Positions 18,601 to 28,022 of a stretch of 64,000 nt of DNA are shown in pieces. Positions within the stretch are counted from its first letter, which is position 1. Every line of letters starts with the position of its first letter. Origin of the DNA: Ignavibacteriota bacterium (GTDB lineage Bacteria; Bacteroidota; Ignavibacteria; UBA10030; UBA6906); contig CAWDEM010000008.1 of NCBI GenBank assembly GCA_963801355.1, forward strand, positions 608,001-672,000. The letters are read 5' to 3'. A program made the translations under genes and the position numbers. Below the pieces are notes generated by a model, which saw only the letters and a program-made list of their open reading frames with translations, ran no database searches and was not told where the DNA came from.

Positions 18601-19689
18601 GTAGGTTTTGAACGGCGGTTTCGTTCGGTTGAGCTTTTTGAGTTCAGTATCTGTTCCGACCCATAGTGTTCCGGATCGCTCCCGATAGACAGAGAGTATT
18701 CCCTCATCAAGCAGGCTGCTGAATTTCTTAGATCTCGTGTCAAACGATAGAAGCCCCTTGGGGGATCCGATCCAAAGAATACCGGATACAACATCCTGGC
18801 AAACTGAGGTGAGCAGATTCTCTGGATGCTGCAAATTCAAGGGATCTCCTGATTGATAGCGGTAGACTTTGGACGTACCTTTCCTAGTGTTGCACTCAAC
18901 CAATCCCCCGTTCGTCCCCAGCCAGAGTATGCCGGCGTCATCACCACAGATTGTGTTGACAAAGCATTCTGAAGTGTTGACGAAGTGTACTTCAGGGCTT
19001 GTCGGCATCGAAGTGTGCCTGGTGCCCGGTTCACTCCAGTAGCGTCTGAACTTACCAGTCTCGAAATCATATTTCGTCAATCCTGTCGCAGTGCCGATCC
19101 AGAGCGATCCCTCCTTGTCTTCATACATTGCCTCGATCGGAACACTGCCAAGATCAGTGCTATCAAGTCCCAGGTACGTGTATTCTTCTCTCACCCTGTC
19201 AAACCTGCGAAGGCCAGCGGCTGTGCCAATCCATAGGGCGCCGTCTTTGCCCTCACAGATGTGGTAGACGCGGTTGCATACGTCAACTACTGCATAGGCG
19301 GATGGATTCGGAGGGTAGTGTTTGAATGTGACGGATGCCCGGTCGAATCTCTCAAGTCCCATCGTGATACCAACCCAAAGAACGCCGGATTCATCTTCAA
19401 AGAGCGTGAGCACTGTGTTGCAATTGATGCTGGATGTATCGGCAAGGTCATTCTTGTACGAAATGAAACCGTACCCATCGTACCTGTAGAGCCCATCCGC
19501 AGTGCCTATCCATAGGAAGCCCGTTCTGTCCTGAAGAATACATGAAGCTTGCGCGAGGACACTTTGATCAGGCGAGAGAGTTACGAAAGCAGCCTTCTGT
19601 GGCTGAGAGCGAAGAGAAGCCGGGAGACCAACAACAAATACCAAGAGGAATAGGAAGAGTCTTTTCACTGCAGAAACGGGACCAGGCAT
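15670..19689 (-). CDS. Hybrid two-component system (propeller sensor, Y_Y_Y, HisKA, HATPase, REC, AraC HTH)
   Basis: FFANISHEFRTPL, G-boxes DTGPGI/GTGIGL, VISDVMMP and IAFQVGF.DPSYFS. Likely start is the ATG at 19689 rather than 20016. Confidence 0.93.
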   Translation of the reverse strand: MPGPVSAVKRLFLFLLVFVVGLPASLRSQPQKAAFVTLSPDQSVLAQASCILQDRTGFLWIGTADGLYRYDGYGFISYKNDLADTSSINCNTVLTLFEDESGVLWVGITMGLERFDRASVTFKHYPPNPSAYAVVDVCNRVYHICEGKDGALWIGTAAGLRRFDRVREEYTYLGLDSTDLGSVPIEAMYEDKEGSLWIGTATGLTKYDFETGKFRRYWSEPGTRHTSMPTSPEVHFVNTSECFVNTICGDDAGILWLGTNGGLVECNTRKGTSKVYRYQSGDPLNLQHPENLLTSVCQDVVSGILWIGSPKGLLSFDTRSKKFSSLLDEGILSVYRERSGTLWVGTDTELKKLNRTKPPFKTYPMGGVALNLVKGNEGKIWVYAFNERGWLQFDPRIGQFVPYSSGTDLLCFVCPEGDLAFRTIDGSFYIRDTLGNRTFSLGPSWKAFNHSLSCVQKTDRGYYAGTATGGLYLLDPTTQRVTEVANLRKEIMYMFEDSFGLLWVAPGWGGLFCYDHAKGTLSEHVTDKKHQSPGRNNSNTVYQMREDNKGRLWFASWAGLFRYERSTEDFSDITERCGLPSSSMRGIQEDNHGSLWLNTSKGMAKYDPETGRFRFYDVSYGLDLPSDKVNSSGCKTGDGEIFFAGANGLTRFHPDSIEDNLYVPPVVVTSFRKFDKPCPLSNEVRLAHDDNFISFEFAALSYLNGERNQYAYKMEGVDEDWVYSGTRRYASYPNLNPGDYVFKVKGSNNEGLWNETGTSVAIVISPPWWQTMWAYAMYASLFVGALLGAYRLRIRQIRLQQTAKMEHFQRERLAEVDRLKSRFFANISHEFRTPLTLILGPAEQGIEANGDPSTPEKFKLIRDNAKKLLTLVGQLLDFSRIESGMMKLQVSKSDIVQFVRRTVMSFESWAERKKISLEFHPGANTAVGFFDGDKLEKILNNLMSNAVKFTGEGGSVTVTLTPSLPLSPNGRGAWGLRVSDTGPGISPKHLPHIFERFYRADETHTTEGTGIGLALTKELVDLHHGTIAVESTPGKGSVFTVTLSTDRSAYKPEETAASPPEVEIRERVGFGVSAVASSPVPPIPPTDGKPIVLVVEDNADLRTYIREFLQSDYEVQEGGNGKEGYDRALEIVPDIVISDVMMPEMDGMELCRALKKDVRTSHVPVILLTARAGTDSKIEGLDIGADDYVTKPFDSKELLARVRNLIEQRRQLRAKFSAGVVLKPGEVVVSSLDDALLKRVMTAIEERMSDETLGAAEIAREVALSRRHLDRKLMGLTNLSTAELIKYLRLQRARELLEKNAATVAEIAFQVGFGDPSYFSSCFHERFGILPSEVHQIAL

Positions 19690-20167
19690 GAGTTCAGTCT
19701 CCTCTTTGCGCGCATCGGCGAACAGTCTGGCGGCTATTGGCCTCAGAGGTCTTGTTCCGGAGAATCCTGGGGAGTCAGATCTTGCGTTCGACGGGAGAGT
19801 GCGAATGCAATCAAAGTTCAGGTGCGCTTCCAGATCTGACGCGGGGACCCCGACCACCGCATTCGACCTATGTAAGCTCACTGCGAATATACAAACTGGA
19901 TCGTCGAAAGTCTGTAGGAAGAATGCTGATTCTTCGTGTAGGAAAACTCTTACGCACAGGAATTCTTGCGGCGCCTTCGGGCGGGAATTGCGTGAGGTTT
20001 CGAACCTCCGAACCACTGATTATTTTTGCTGCAATGCGGGCTGAAAACGCCGCGTGGATACATCTTTGGGGGTGGAAAGTGGCCGAACCAAACTGCAATC
20101 GCAAATCACAGATTACTACACTTTCACTACACTCGATCAAAAACCGGTTATCACCCCTCCCCCACAA

Positions 20168-20204
20168 CAAAAAAACCCCGAATGCGCTTCACATTCAGGG
20201 TTTT
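20168..20204 (-). terminator. Intrinsic terminator behind the tRNA fragment
   Basis: Minus strand aaaaccctgaatgtgaagcgcattcggggttttttt. Confidence 0.75.
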
Positions 20205-20205
20205 C

Positions 20206-20344
20206 GTGCACCCACCAGGACTCGAATCCCGTCCCGACCGAAGTTAGCTAGGCGAAGCCGCAGCTAACTTCGGTGTCGGGACGCGGATCCTCGTCCCGCG
20301 CTGCGCGCGGGGCGGGACCTGGAACCCACTGATTAAGAGTCAGT
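20206..20344 (-). mobile_element. Displaced tRNA-Lys 3' half with the same 91-bp hairpin insert
   Basis: Insert 20227-20317 differs from 6088-6178 at one base. Confidence 0.95.
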
Positions 20345-20586
20345 CCATAACGACTCAATACGCACAAAACAGGATCCTTTTCTTCAGTCGAGTTGCTATA
20401 AACTGCCATAGATTGTCACAGATTACCATAGTTTCACTACAATTTCACTACACTCCTTCGGGGCGTTCATCCCCGCTTTTGTAAGTATCCACGGAACGGC
20501 GGCTCGTTATGTCTCGGTCACACCGCGCTAGAAAGAGAGGGCGGACGGCCCTGTCTGCCCTTGCGCAAGCAGGACACCTCGCGAGT

Positions 20587-22671
20587 TTATTTCAAAAGCA
20601 AGAGTCGGCGCGTCTGCACAAAGTCTCCTGCCTGCATTTGGTAGAGGTATACGCCACTCGACAGCCCTGAACCGTCGAACCTTACTTCATAGTTCCCCGG
20701 TTCCTTCTTCTCTTTCACGAGCAGGGCCACCTCGCGGCCAAGCATATCATGGACAACGAGCCTTACCGGACTCGTCACTGGCAACTGGTAACTGATCGTC
20801 GTGACTGGATTGAAAGGATTTGGATAATTCTGTTCGAGAACAAATGCACCTGGTTGCGCTGCCGGCTGGCCGTCGACACTCACTGTTGGATCATATGTTA
20901 CACTACCCACCTTGCAGAGCAACCATCCCTTCGGATCCACAGCGATCGAGTCTACGATTCTTGAAGTTGCGATCCGAAATGTGTCGGTCAGACTACTCTG
21001 GAACACCCGGACAGTAGTATCTGCGCCTGCATATGTCAGCTTGAACTCCAGAGAGGTCTGAAAGAGCGGCGTTACCAACGGCATCGAGGGGGACTGCGTT
21101 GATACGATCTTCACCCCTCCTGATTCTCTGGTCCAACGGAGGGTGAAGGTGGGATATCCTTCCCCATAATACCACTGGGAGAAGAACGCAGTGAAATCTC
21201 TTCCTGTTTGCCGTTGAAGAAAATCTTTGAATATCTCTCCGGTGACGGCGCGACCAGCAAACTCCGCGAGGTACTCTTTCAAGAGCCGGAAGAATAGTGA
21301 ATCGCTCCCCAGTTCAAACCGGAGCATGTGGAGAATTGTGGCTCCCTTATAATACGTCAGACGATTATCCAAAACCCGCGCTTCGTTGTACCTGTCAGCG
21401 GGGGGAATGTAGACGCTTCCACCCGGAAGCGACATCACCAACGCTCTGCTCAACGTCATATTGCGTCGGCCTACCGACTCAGGAAGAAAATGCTCCATCG
21501 CAATCTGCTCTGCATAGGTCGCGAACCCTTCCGCGAGCCATAGATCGCATTCTGTCAATGGACCAACTGTTGAGCCGAACCATGAATGACTCAACTCATG
21601 GGGAACGAAGTATGCAAGATAGCGTCCCCCGTAGTCCACCACTGCGGTGTCGAGCCGGAGTTCAGAAAAGAGTGAGAGCCCAAGGACGTACATTGCGCCG
21701 CCGGTCCAATCGGTGGTCACGAAATGGTGCTCATTTCGCCAGAAGGGGATGACGCCAAAGTGAGAAGTGAAATATGCAAGATATTCCTTCGATTTCTCCA
21801 TGACGGCGATCTGCTTGCTCAAGTACGGGCTTGCCGGGAAAAAGAAGCCACGGATGACCATCGAATCGCTGACGGCGGGTTGATAGAAACTGGTTCTGTA
21901 TTCCGCGTACGGTCCCACCACAAACGTGATGTCAGTCGGAGGGAGGGGCCACCGGCTGGAGAATTCCCATCGGGTTTTTCCGGCATCCGCAGGCAAGGTC
22001 CGGATCAACGCTCCTGTCGCCACGACCTTGTTCGCCGGATCGGTCGTGATGGCGATATCCACAGAATCTGCCCAATCTTCAAGCATATCCTTGCAGGGGA
22101 ACAAGTAGGATGCGTAAATTGGCCATATATAGGAGTATATGAATGTCATGCCGTACTTATATCCACGAACCAATCCTACCCCTGCGTTGGCATCGTCACC
22201 ATGATAAAAGACCCGTGAAGCAAATGAGCTGCCACCCGGAATCGGAGGATTCAATGGGATCTGAATGAGGTTGTTTTGATGGACGAAAGATCGCCAGGTT
22301 CCATCGACAATGACTGAATCAGTGATCATGGTTGCGCCGCCGGCCGTGTTGATCAGTGCGATGACGAGAGTGTCAATTGGTGTGCCACCCACCGAAGCTC
22401 TCATCGTTGTGTTCCCTCCGAACGCTGTAGCGGCGGTGGAGATGTTGAGATCCAACCCATAATATTTCACATCGTAGAGCAAGAGTTTATCGCGCATTGC
22501 AGAGGTGGTGGCATTGAGGGAAGCGGCCGAACTGGCAACAACACTTTTCGGTATCGCTCTCTCTTCATATATATTTCTTTGGCCAAAAGCACACGCCGAA
22601 TTGATCAGGAGCATTGCAGGAACAAATCCGAGAATGCTCAGCATACGTTGGCCCCGTTTCATAGACCACAC
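20587..22671 (-). CDS. T9SS-secreted M1-family zinc metallopeptidase
   Basis: HELSH-X18-E (WLAEGFATY), YYKGA..LHMLR and a T9SS CTD. Confidence 0.9.
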   Translation of the reverse strand: MWSMKRGQRMLSILGFVPAMLLINSACAFGQRNIYEERAIPKSVVASSAASLNATTSAMRDKLLLYDVKYYGLDLNISTAATAFGGNTTMRASVGGTPIDTLVIALINTAGGATMITDSVIVDGTWRSFVHQNNLIQIPLNPPIPGGSSFASRVFYHGDDANAGVGLVRGYKYGMTFIYSYIWPIYASYLFPCKDMLEDWADSVDIAITTDPANKVVATGALIRTLPADAGKTRWEFSSRWPLPPTDITFVVGPYAEYRTSFYQPAVSDSMVIRGFFFPASPYLSKQIAVMEKSKEYLAYFTSHFGVIPFWRNEHHFVTTDWTGGAMYVLGLSLFSELRLDTAVVDYGGRYLAYFVPHELSHSWFGSTVGPLTECDLWLAEGFATYAEQIAMEHFLPESVGRRNMTLSRALVMSLPGGSVYIPPADRYNEARVLDNRLTYYKGATILHMLRFELGSDSLFFRLLKEYLAEFAGRAVTGEIFKDFLQRQTGRDFTAFFSQWYYGEGYPTFTLRWTRESGGVKIVSTQSPSMPLVTPLFQTSLEFKLTYAGADTTVRVFQSSLTDTFRIATSRIVDSIAVDPKGWLLCKVGSVTYDPTVSVDGQPAAQPGAFVLEQNYPNPFNPVTTISYQLPVTSPVRLVVHDMLGREVALLVKEKKEPGNYEVRFDGSGLSSGVYLYQMQAGDFVQTRRLLLLK

Positions 22672-22955
22672 TCCTTTCTGCGCGTTGTTACTGTAACAAT
22701 GGGAAGAATGCCACGGGGAGCCAACCTGGTGATTGGGCAGAGGTCAAGAACCTTGAATACTATCTGTAAGGGAGAAACGGTTTGCATTGGATCTCCTTTC
22801 GTGGTGGGGGGATTCACCTTCGGTCAGGGAATAAGATACCACTTATGGGAGGGGGGCAAATAGGATGTATGTTGCAGTGTTGGGCCACTACGTTGCATCC
22901 ATTCAAAAAAACCCTCTGTGGGGCGATAAATGCAGATTTTCAGCTTGCGGGCAGG

Positions 22956-25900
22956 CTAGGCCGAGTTCTTGGATCCTCCGGTGGCCTCGGAGCCTTTGAG
23001 GAACTCGCTTGGTGTGACGCCAAATTGCCGATGGAAACTCCTCGAGAAATGTGATGGGTCGGCGAAGCCTACCCCATAAGCGATCTCCGAAATAGTCCCG
23101 GTCCCATTCTTGAGCAAATCCACTGCTCGATGGAGCCGTAAGTACCGGATGAAATCACTTGCCGCAAGGTTTGTGAGGGCGGTGAGCTTGCGGTGAAGCT
23201 GCGAACGACTCATGCAAAGCTCTGTGGCAAACTCCTCGACATTGAACTTCTCATCTGCCATTCGCCCTTCGGCTACTGCCTTTGCGCGCTGGAGAAATGC
23301 ATCATCCATTGAAGCGACAGCAATCTCCCCAGGCTTCAGCGGAACCGAAACTCTGAACCGTTCCCTTAGCTTTCGGCGAAGATCGATCAGGTTCTTCACC
23401 CTGGCAAGAAGCTCCTTTGGTTCGAATGGCTTGATGAGGTAGTCGTCAGCGCCAATCTCCAATCCTTCAATTTTGTTTTCACTGGCCGCTTTTGCGGTGA
23501 GCAGGATTATGGGAATGTGACTCGTTTTCTCGTCAAGCTTCAATGCTCTGCAGACTTCATATCCATCCTTTTTCGGCATCATCACGTCGCTGATGATGAT
23601 GTCCGGTATGATCTCCAGGGCCTTTTCAATGCCTTCCTCACCATCCCGTGCTTCTGCCACTTGATAAGCTGAAACAAGATAGTCCTTGATGTATGCACGC
23701 ACATCTGCATTGTCCTCGACGATGAGGACGATCGACTTCTCACCCTTGGCCTTTTCGAATCCTGGTTCTTCCGCTAGCTCTTGAAAAGGCTTGTCGGCAT
23801 CAAGAACGTACACTTTATGAAGCGGAGGCTCGTCGCTGGCAGGTGCTTCGATGATCTCATCGTCCTTCAGGTGGCTTCGCCCCAAGGGAAGTCGAACCGT
23901 GAACGACGTTCCTCGTCCGACTTCACTGTGCACCTGGATTGTCCCATGGTGTAAGTCAACCAGCTCCTTCACAAGCGCAAGTCCGATGCCGGAGCCTTCA
24001 TGCTCACGGGTTTGCGAAGCATCGACCTGGAAAAAGCGATCAAAGACCTTGTCGAGCTGATCTGGTGGTATGCCGATGCCCGTGTCGGAGACGGAGAGCT
24101 CAAACCATCCCCCCCCTCCCCCACTCACCCCCTCCCGAAGATTTGCAGTTGCGTCAACGGGTGAGGAGGAGAGTTGCACTTCGACCCTCCCTCCCTCCGG
24201 CGTGAACTTGAACGCGTTCGAAAGCAGGTTCGTCAGAATCTTCTCCACCATATCTCTGTCACAATAGACCTCAATCTCTTCCCGGTCGTTTACGACCTCA
24301 ACTGAAATACCTCGTAAACCCGCGGACGATTCGAATGAGTTCGCAATGCCTTTTACAAAAGGAACGATGTTCATTCGAGTAGCGTGTAATTCAATCGCCC
24401 CCGCCTCGAGCTTTGAAAGGTCGAGCAGCTGGTTGATGAGCCTGAGGAGGCGCTGACTGTTTCGCTGCATCATGCTCAGGCTCTGTCTTTTCTTCTCTTC
24501 CTTCTCCTCAGCCAGCATCCCATTGAGCGGACCGCTAATAAGTGTCAGAGGGGTGCGGAATTCGTGCGAGATATTGGCAAAGAACCGGGATTTAAGACGG
24601 TCGACCTCAGCGAGATGCTCCGCTTTGAAGTGATCCATCTCGGCCTGCTGCTTCAGTTGAACCCCTCTCAATCGAAGTCGGTACCCCACAAAGAGCAGTC
24701 CAATGAGGATGCCAGCGTACGCAGCATATGCCCATTTCGATTGCCACCAGGAGGGGGCAATACTAATAGCAAGTGAAATCTCCTGGTCAGGCCATTCATT
24801 GCGCATCGAGCCGGCTCTCACTTTGAAGAGGTAGTCACCCGGACGCAAGCCGGGGTATCGTACGAAGCGACGGTCCTCCGGCTTCACCCACCCCTTCTCT
24901 AATCCTTCAAGTTTGTACATGTACTGGACCAGGTGTGGAGCGTCAATATCGATTACAGCAAAGTCGAACTCGATCACATTCTGGTAATGATCCAATTGCA
25001 TGGAGCCAGTACCACCCGTAAGAGCCGGTGCGAAAGTTGGGTTGTCATTAACTGACAGTTTTGTGATGAGCAACGCTGGTGGAGGACGTCGTGGTTGAAT
25101 ACTCTCGGGGTCCACGATGTTTATGCCCGTTCCTGCGAGTAGCACCATCCCGTTGTCCAGGGTTTCCATTGCACGCACCGCGCCACAGACGCCGTCAGAC
25201 GGATCAAAGTCTGAGAATATCCCGGTCGTAGGATCGAGAATCTCAAGCCCGTGGGGAATGTTCCGCACCCACAGGCGACCCTTTCTGTCGGCACCTAGCG
25301 GGAAGACATGCTTCGTACCTTTCAGAGCAGGATTGGAGAATCGTGAGAATGATCTGGTCGCGGGATCCCAGAGGTTGATGACAGAAGTTGCGCAGATCCA
25401 GATTCGTCCCGACGCGTCCTCGTAGGTCAAGCGCGTACGGTCACCGCTCAACGAGCGTGGGTTAGAGGGATCGTGAACATACCGGTCCGTATTTCCGGTG
25501 ACCGGATCGATCACCAGAAGTCCGTCATGCTCCGTCGTGACCCACATCTTCCCGTCACGAGCCCTCATAATGGTGTTGGTCCTGGTAGTGCCGAGGCTCT
25601 GGAACTGCCCGGAGGCAGGAGAGAACTTCATCAAGCCGCATTCCCCGCCGGACACCCAGAGTGTATCCCCTGGGCCCTGTGCGATACTCATGACCTCGGG
25701 TCGATTGCCCAACTGACTTGCGTAGCGATAGTTTTTGACCAGTCCTGTAGCAAGGTTGACCCGATAGAGGCCCAGCCCATTGGTGCCATACCAGAAGTCG
25801 CCATGTGCGTCAATCAGCGAGATGGTGCGATCTGGCCACGTGAGGTCTGGACTTCTTCCCTTGAAGAGATCAATTGTTCTGAGAACCGTCAGATTCGCGA

Positions 25901-27140
25901 TGTCGATGCGAGAGAGCTTTCCCGCCCATGACATGAACCAGTAGTTCCCCTCCCGGTCGACATCGACAGTGGCATAGCCGGTCAACCATCCGTTCCCTTC
26001 CGGAACCTCATAGTGCGGAAACCGTCGGGACTTTGGACTCACAAAGAATATTCCGCCTGCGTTCGCCCCTGCCCAGAGCGTACCAGTGCTGTCAACGGAC
26101 AGAGCTATTGCCTGTCCTTGCGGGGTCTGACCCCACGCCAGGTAGGGATCGCAACGTCCCTCCTCGGGAGAAAACCGATCAAGTCCCTCCGGGGTCGCGA
26201 TCCAAAGAGTCGCTTGTCGATCGCGTACGATATCCGAGACCTGGTCAGATCTGATCGACCCACTGTCGTGTTTGTTGTGTCTGTAGTTCAGGGCGGCAGC
26301 ACCTCCCCTGGAAACTCGGAACAGTCCCTCCGCGAACGTCCCCAACCAGAGGGTCCCATCGGGATCCTGGTACATGCAAGCAATGGCCAGCGAATCAAGG
26401 CGACGTCCGGCGGCACCGGCAAAGTTTGGGCGTGAAACTGAGAGAGTTGCCGGATCCAACACGAACAATCCGCCGAGAGAAGAGACAAGAAGCTTCCCGT
26501 CCGCACGTTCGCAAATATCGCTCACTTCGATGTCTCTGGGGCCCAGAGGCACTGAAGTAAAGCGGATATAGCGGGCAATTGAATCAATGCCATATGGTTC
26601 GGCGCTACTTGGGATGTCAATCCGCACCACACCTGTCGACGTCCCCACCCACAGAGTGCCCCGCCGATCTTCCAGGATTGCATAGACCGACTTTGCCTGA
26701 AGCCAGGAAGAATCTCCCTGACGGGGAGTGAAGTTGACAAATCGTTCACGCGAGACATCCAAGACACTTATGCCCGTCTCCCAGGATCCCACCCAGAGAC
26801 GCTTCCTGCTGTCGAATCTAACCACGGATGTTACGTTTGAGGAAATCGAAGTCGGATCGTCCGGGACGTTTCGATAGACCTTGCAGCCATATCCGTCATA
26901 CTTCTCGAGTCCGTTCGCAGACGAGATCCAAAGCGTGCCATCCTGGTCCCGGATCAGACGGTGCATGCTGTTTTCATCGGGGAGACCCTGGATTCGCTGG
27001 AAGTGGAAGACGGGGAGGAGTCGCTCTTGGGCGGAAAGAGGAAAGCAGAAGGAAAGCATGAGAAACAGCCCCAGCAATCCAGTCCTGACCTGATGGATTC
27101 GCCCAAAAAGAGTGAGGAAACAGATGGTCAAGCTGCCCAC
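22956..27140 (-). CDS. Hybrid two-component system
   Basis: Same domain order as 15670..19689 (SHEFRTPL, DTGIGI, SDVMMP, AraC HTH). Confidence 0.93.
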   Translation of the reverse strand: MGSLTICFLTLFGRIHQVRTGLLGLFLMLSFCFPLSAQERLLPVFHFQRIQGLPDENSMHRLIRDQDGTLWISSANGLEKYDGYGCKVYRNVPDDPTSISSNVTSVVRFDSRKRLWVGSWETGISVLDVSRERFVNFTPRQGDSSWLQAKSVYAILEDRRGTLWVGTSTGVVRIDIPSSAEPYGIDSIARYIRFTSVPLGPRDIEVSDICERADGKLLVSSLGGLFVLDPATLSVSRPNFAGAAGRRLDSLAIACMYQDPDGTLWLGTFAEGLFRVSRGGAAALNYRHNKHDSGSIRSDQVSDIVRDRQATLWIATPEGLDRFSPEEGRCDPYLAWGQTPQGQAIALSVDSTGTLWAGANAGGIFFVSPKSRRFPHYEVPEGNGWLTGYATVDVDREGNYWFMSWAGKLSRIDIANLTVLRTIDLFKGRSPDLTWPDRTISLIDAHGDFWYGTNGLGLYRVNLATGLVKNYRYASQLGNRPEVMSIAQGPGDTLWVSGGECGLMKFSPASGQFQSLGTTRTNTIMRARDGKMWVTTEHDGLLVIDPVTGNTDRYVHDPSNPRSLSGDRTRLTYEDASGRIWICATSVINLWDPATRSFSRFSNPALKGTKHVFPLGADRKGRLWVRNIPHGLEILDPTTGIFSDFDPSDGVCGAVRAMETLDNGMVLLAGTGINIVDPESIQPRRPPPALLITKLSVNDNPTFAPALTGGTGSMQLDHYQNVIEFDFAVIDIDAPHLVQYMYKLEGLEKGWVKPEDRRFVRYPGLRPGDYLFKVRAGSMRNEWPDQEISLAISIAPSWWQSKWAYAAYAGILIGLLFVGYRLRLRGVQLKQQAEMDHFKAEHLAEVDRLKSRFFANISHEFRTPLTLISGPLNGMLAEEKEEKKRQSLSMMQRNSQRLLRLINQLLDLSKLEAGAIELHATRMNIVPFVKGIANSFESSAGLRGISVEVVNDREEIEVYCDRDMVEKILTNLLSNAFKFTPEGGRVEVQLSSSPVDATANLREGVSGGGGGWFELSVSDTGIGIPPDQLDKVFDRFFQVDASQTREHEGSGIGLALVKELVDLHHGTIQVHSEVGRGTSFTVRLPLGRSHLKDDEIIEAPASDEPPLHKVYVLDADKPFQELAEEPGFEKAKGEKSIVLIVEDNADVRAYIKDYLVSAYQVAEARDGEEGIEKALEIIPDIIISDVMMPKKDGYEVCRALKLDEKTSHIPIILLTAKAASENKIEGLEIGADDYLIKPFEPKELLARVKNLIDLRRKLRERFRVSVPLKPGEIAVASMDDAFLQRAKAVAEGRMADEKFNVEEFATELCMSRSQLHRKLTALTNLAASDFIRYLRLHRAVDLLKNGTGTISEIAYGVGFADPSHFSRSFHRQFGVTPSEFLKGSEATGGSKNSA

Positions 27141-27390
27141 GAGACCCCCCTCCTTTTGCTCAAGGGTGATGAAAGACTGGATGAGTGGAGATGCCCTTCG
27201 GGGAGAAAATCGAGAATGGTTCGGAGAGTGTCAAGATTCGGCCATGTGTCACTCGCCAGATTGTGTCAATCACCAGATCACAAACCTAACGGATCGGTGT
27301 TCGAACCAACGGACTATTCGAATGATTCTTGACCGAATCCTACAGGAGCGGAGTTTCGAATATGGATGGAGCGTTTGCGGTTCCATGGAA

Positions 27391-27729
27391 TCAAGCAGGT
27401 GAGGATAGGTCCCGGACGGCCTCATACAACGAAGACAGGTCCTTGCCAAGTATTGCCCACACCCTTATCACATTGATTCCAAAATACTCATGCACCAGCA
27501 CGTCACGCATCCCGGCAATGTTCCGCCAAGGGATGTACGGGTGCTTGGCACGCTCCTCTGGTGGAATGTGTTTCACTGCCTCGCCGATGATTTCAAGCCG
27601 ATGTATCACCGCGTCCTGCAACTGAGGATTTGACTGGAACTGATCGAGAGTATAACCAGCCGTGTATTGACGGATCTTGTCTATGCTCTGGAGGACGTCC
27701 TCGTAGTAGAGTTGTAGATCTCTCGTCAT
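27391..27729 (-). CDS. HEPN ribonuclease toxin (HepT/DUF86-like)
   Basis: MRDVLVHEY (RX4HXY) and LEIIGEAVK. Confidence 0.9.
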   Translation of the reverse strand: MTRDLQLYYEDVLQSIDKIRQYTAGYTLDQFQSNPQLQDAVIHRLEIIGEAVKHIPPEERAKHPYIPWRNIAGMRDVLVHEYFGINVIRVWAILGKDLSSLYEAVRDLSSPA

Positions 27730-28022
27730 AGAATTGGGACCTGTTCTGCGAGGATCCGGTCCCGAAGCAGTGGCTTCACGCTATCGTATTCGACAAGGTC
27801 CACATTCCTTGAAAGAGCATCTTCCAAGTCAAGCTTCAGAGCCACATAATCAAGCAGAGACGTTTTCGGGTCAAGCTCAACCAGAACATCCACGTCGCTC
27901 TCGAAGGATGCTTCGCCACGGGCAAATGAACCAAACAACCCGGCACGGGAAACGCGATGCCGTGAAAGAACCGATCGAATGATTTCAAGGGTATGGGGAT
28001 TCATATCAATACCATCATGCAT
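27726..28022 (-). CDS. Minimal nucleotidyltransferase antitoxin (MntA-like)
   Basis: [19 protein letters not shown], with an ATGA overlap with the toxin gene. Confidence 0.9.
   Translation of the reverse strand: MHDGIDMNPHTLEIIRSVLSRHRVSRAGLFGSFARGEASFESDVDVLVELDPKTSLLDYVALKLDLEDALSRNVDLVEYDSVKPLLRDRILAEQVPIL

Larger units (their letters stand above)
11624..20205. mobile_element. Island II (~8.6 kb), no integrase: TA pair, T9SS protein, HTCS
   Basis: Bounded by tRNA-Lys 3' direct repeats, with tandem CACTACACT motifs near both ends. Confidence 0.85.

Noticed and set aside
19690-20016. 109-aa N-terminal extension of the island II HTCS
   Set aside because: The signal-like segment begins at MPGPVSAVKRLFLFLL (19689). 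The extension overlaps att-like DNA and looks non-coding.
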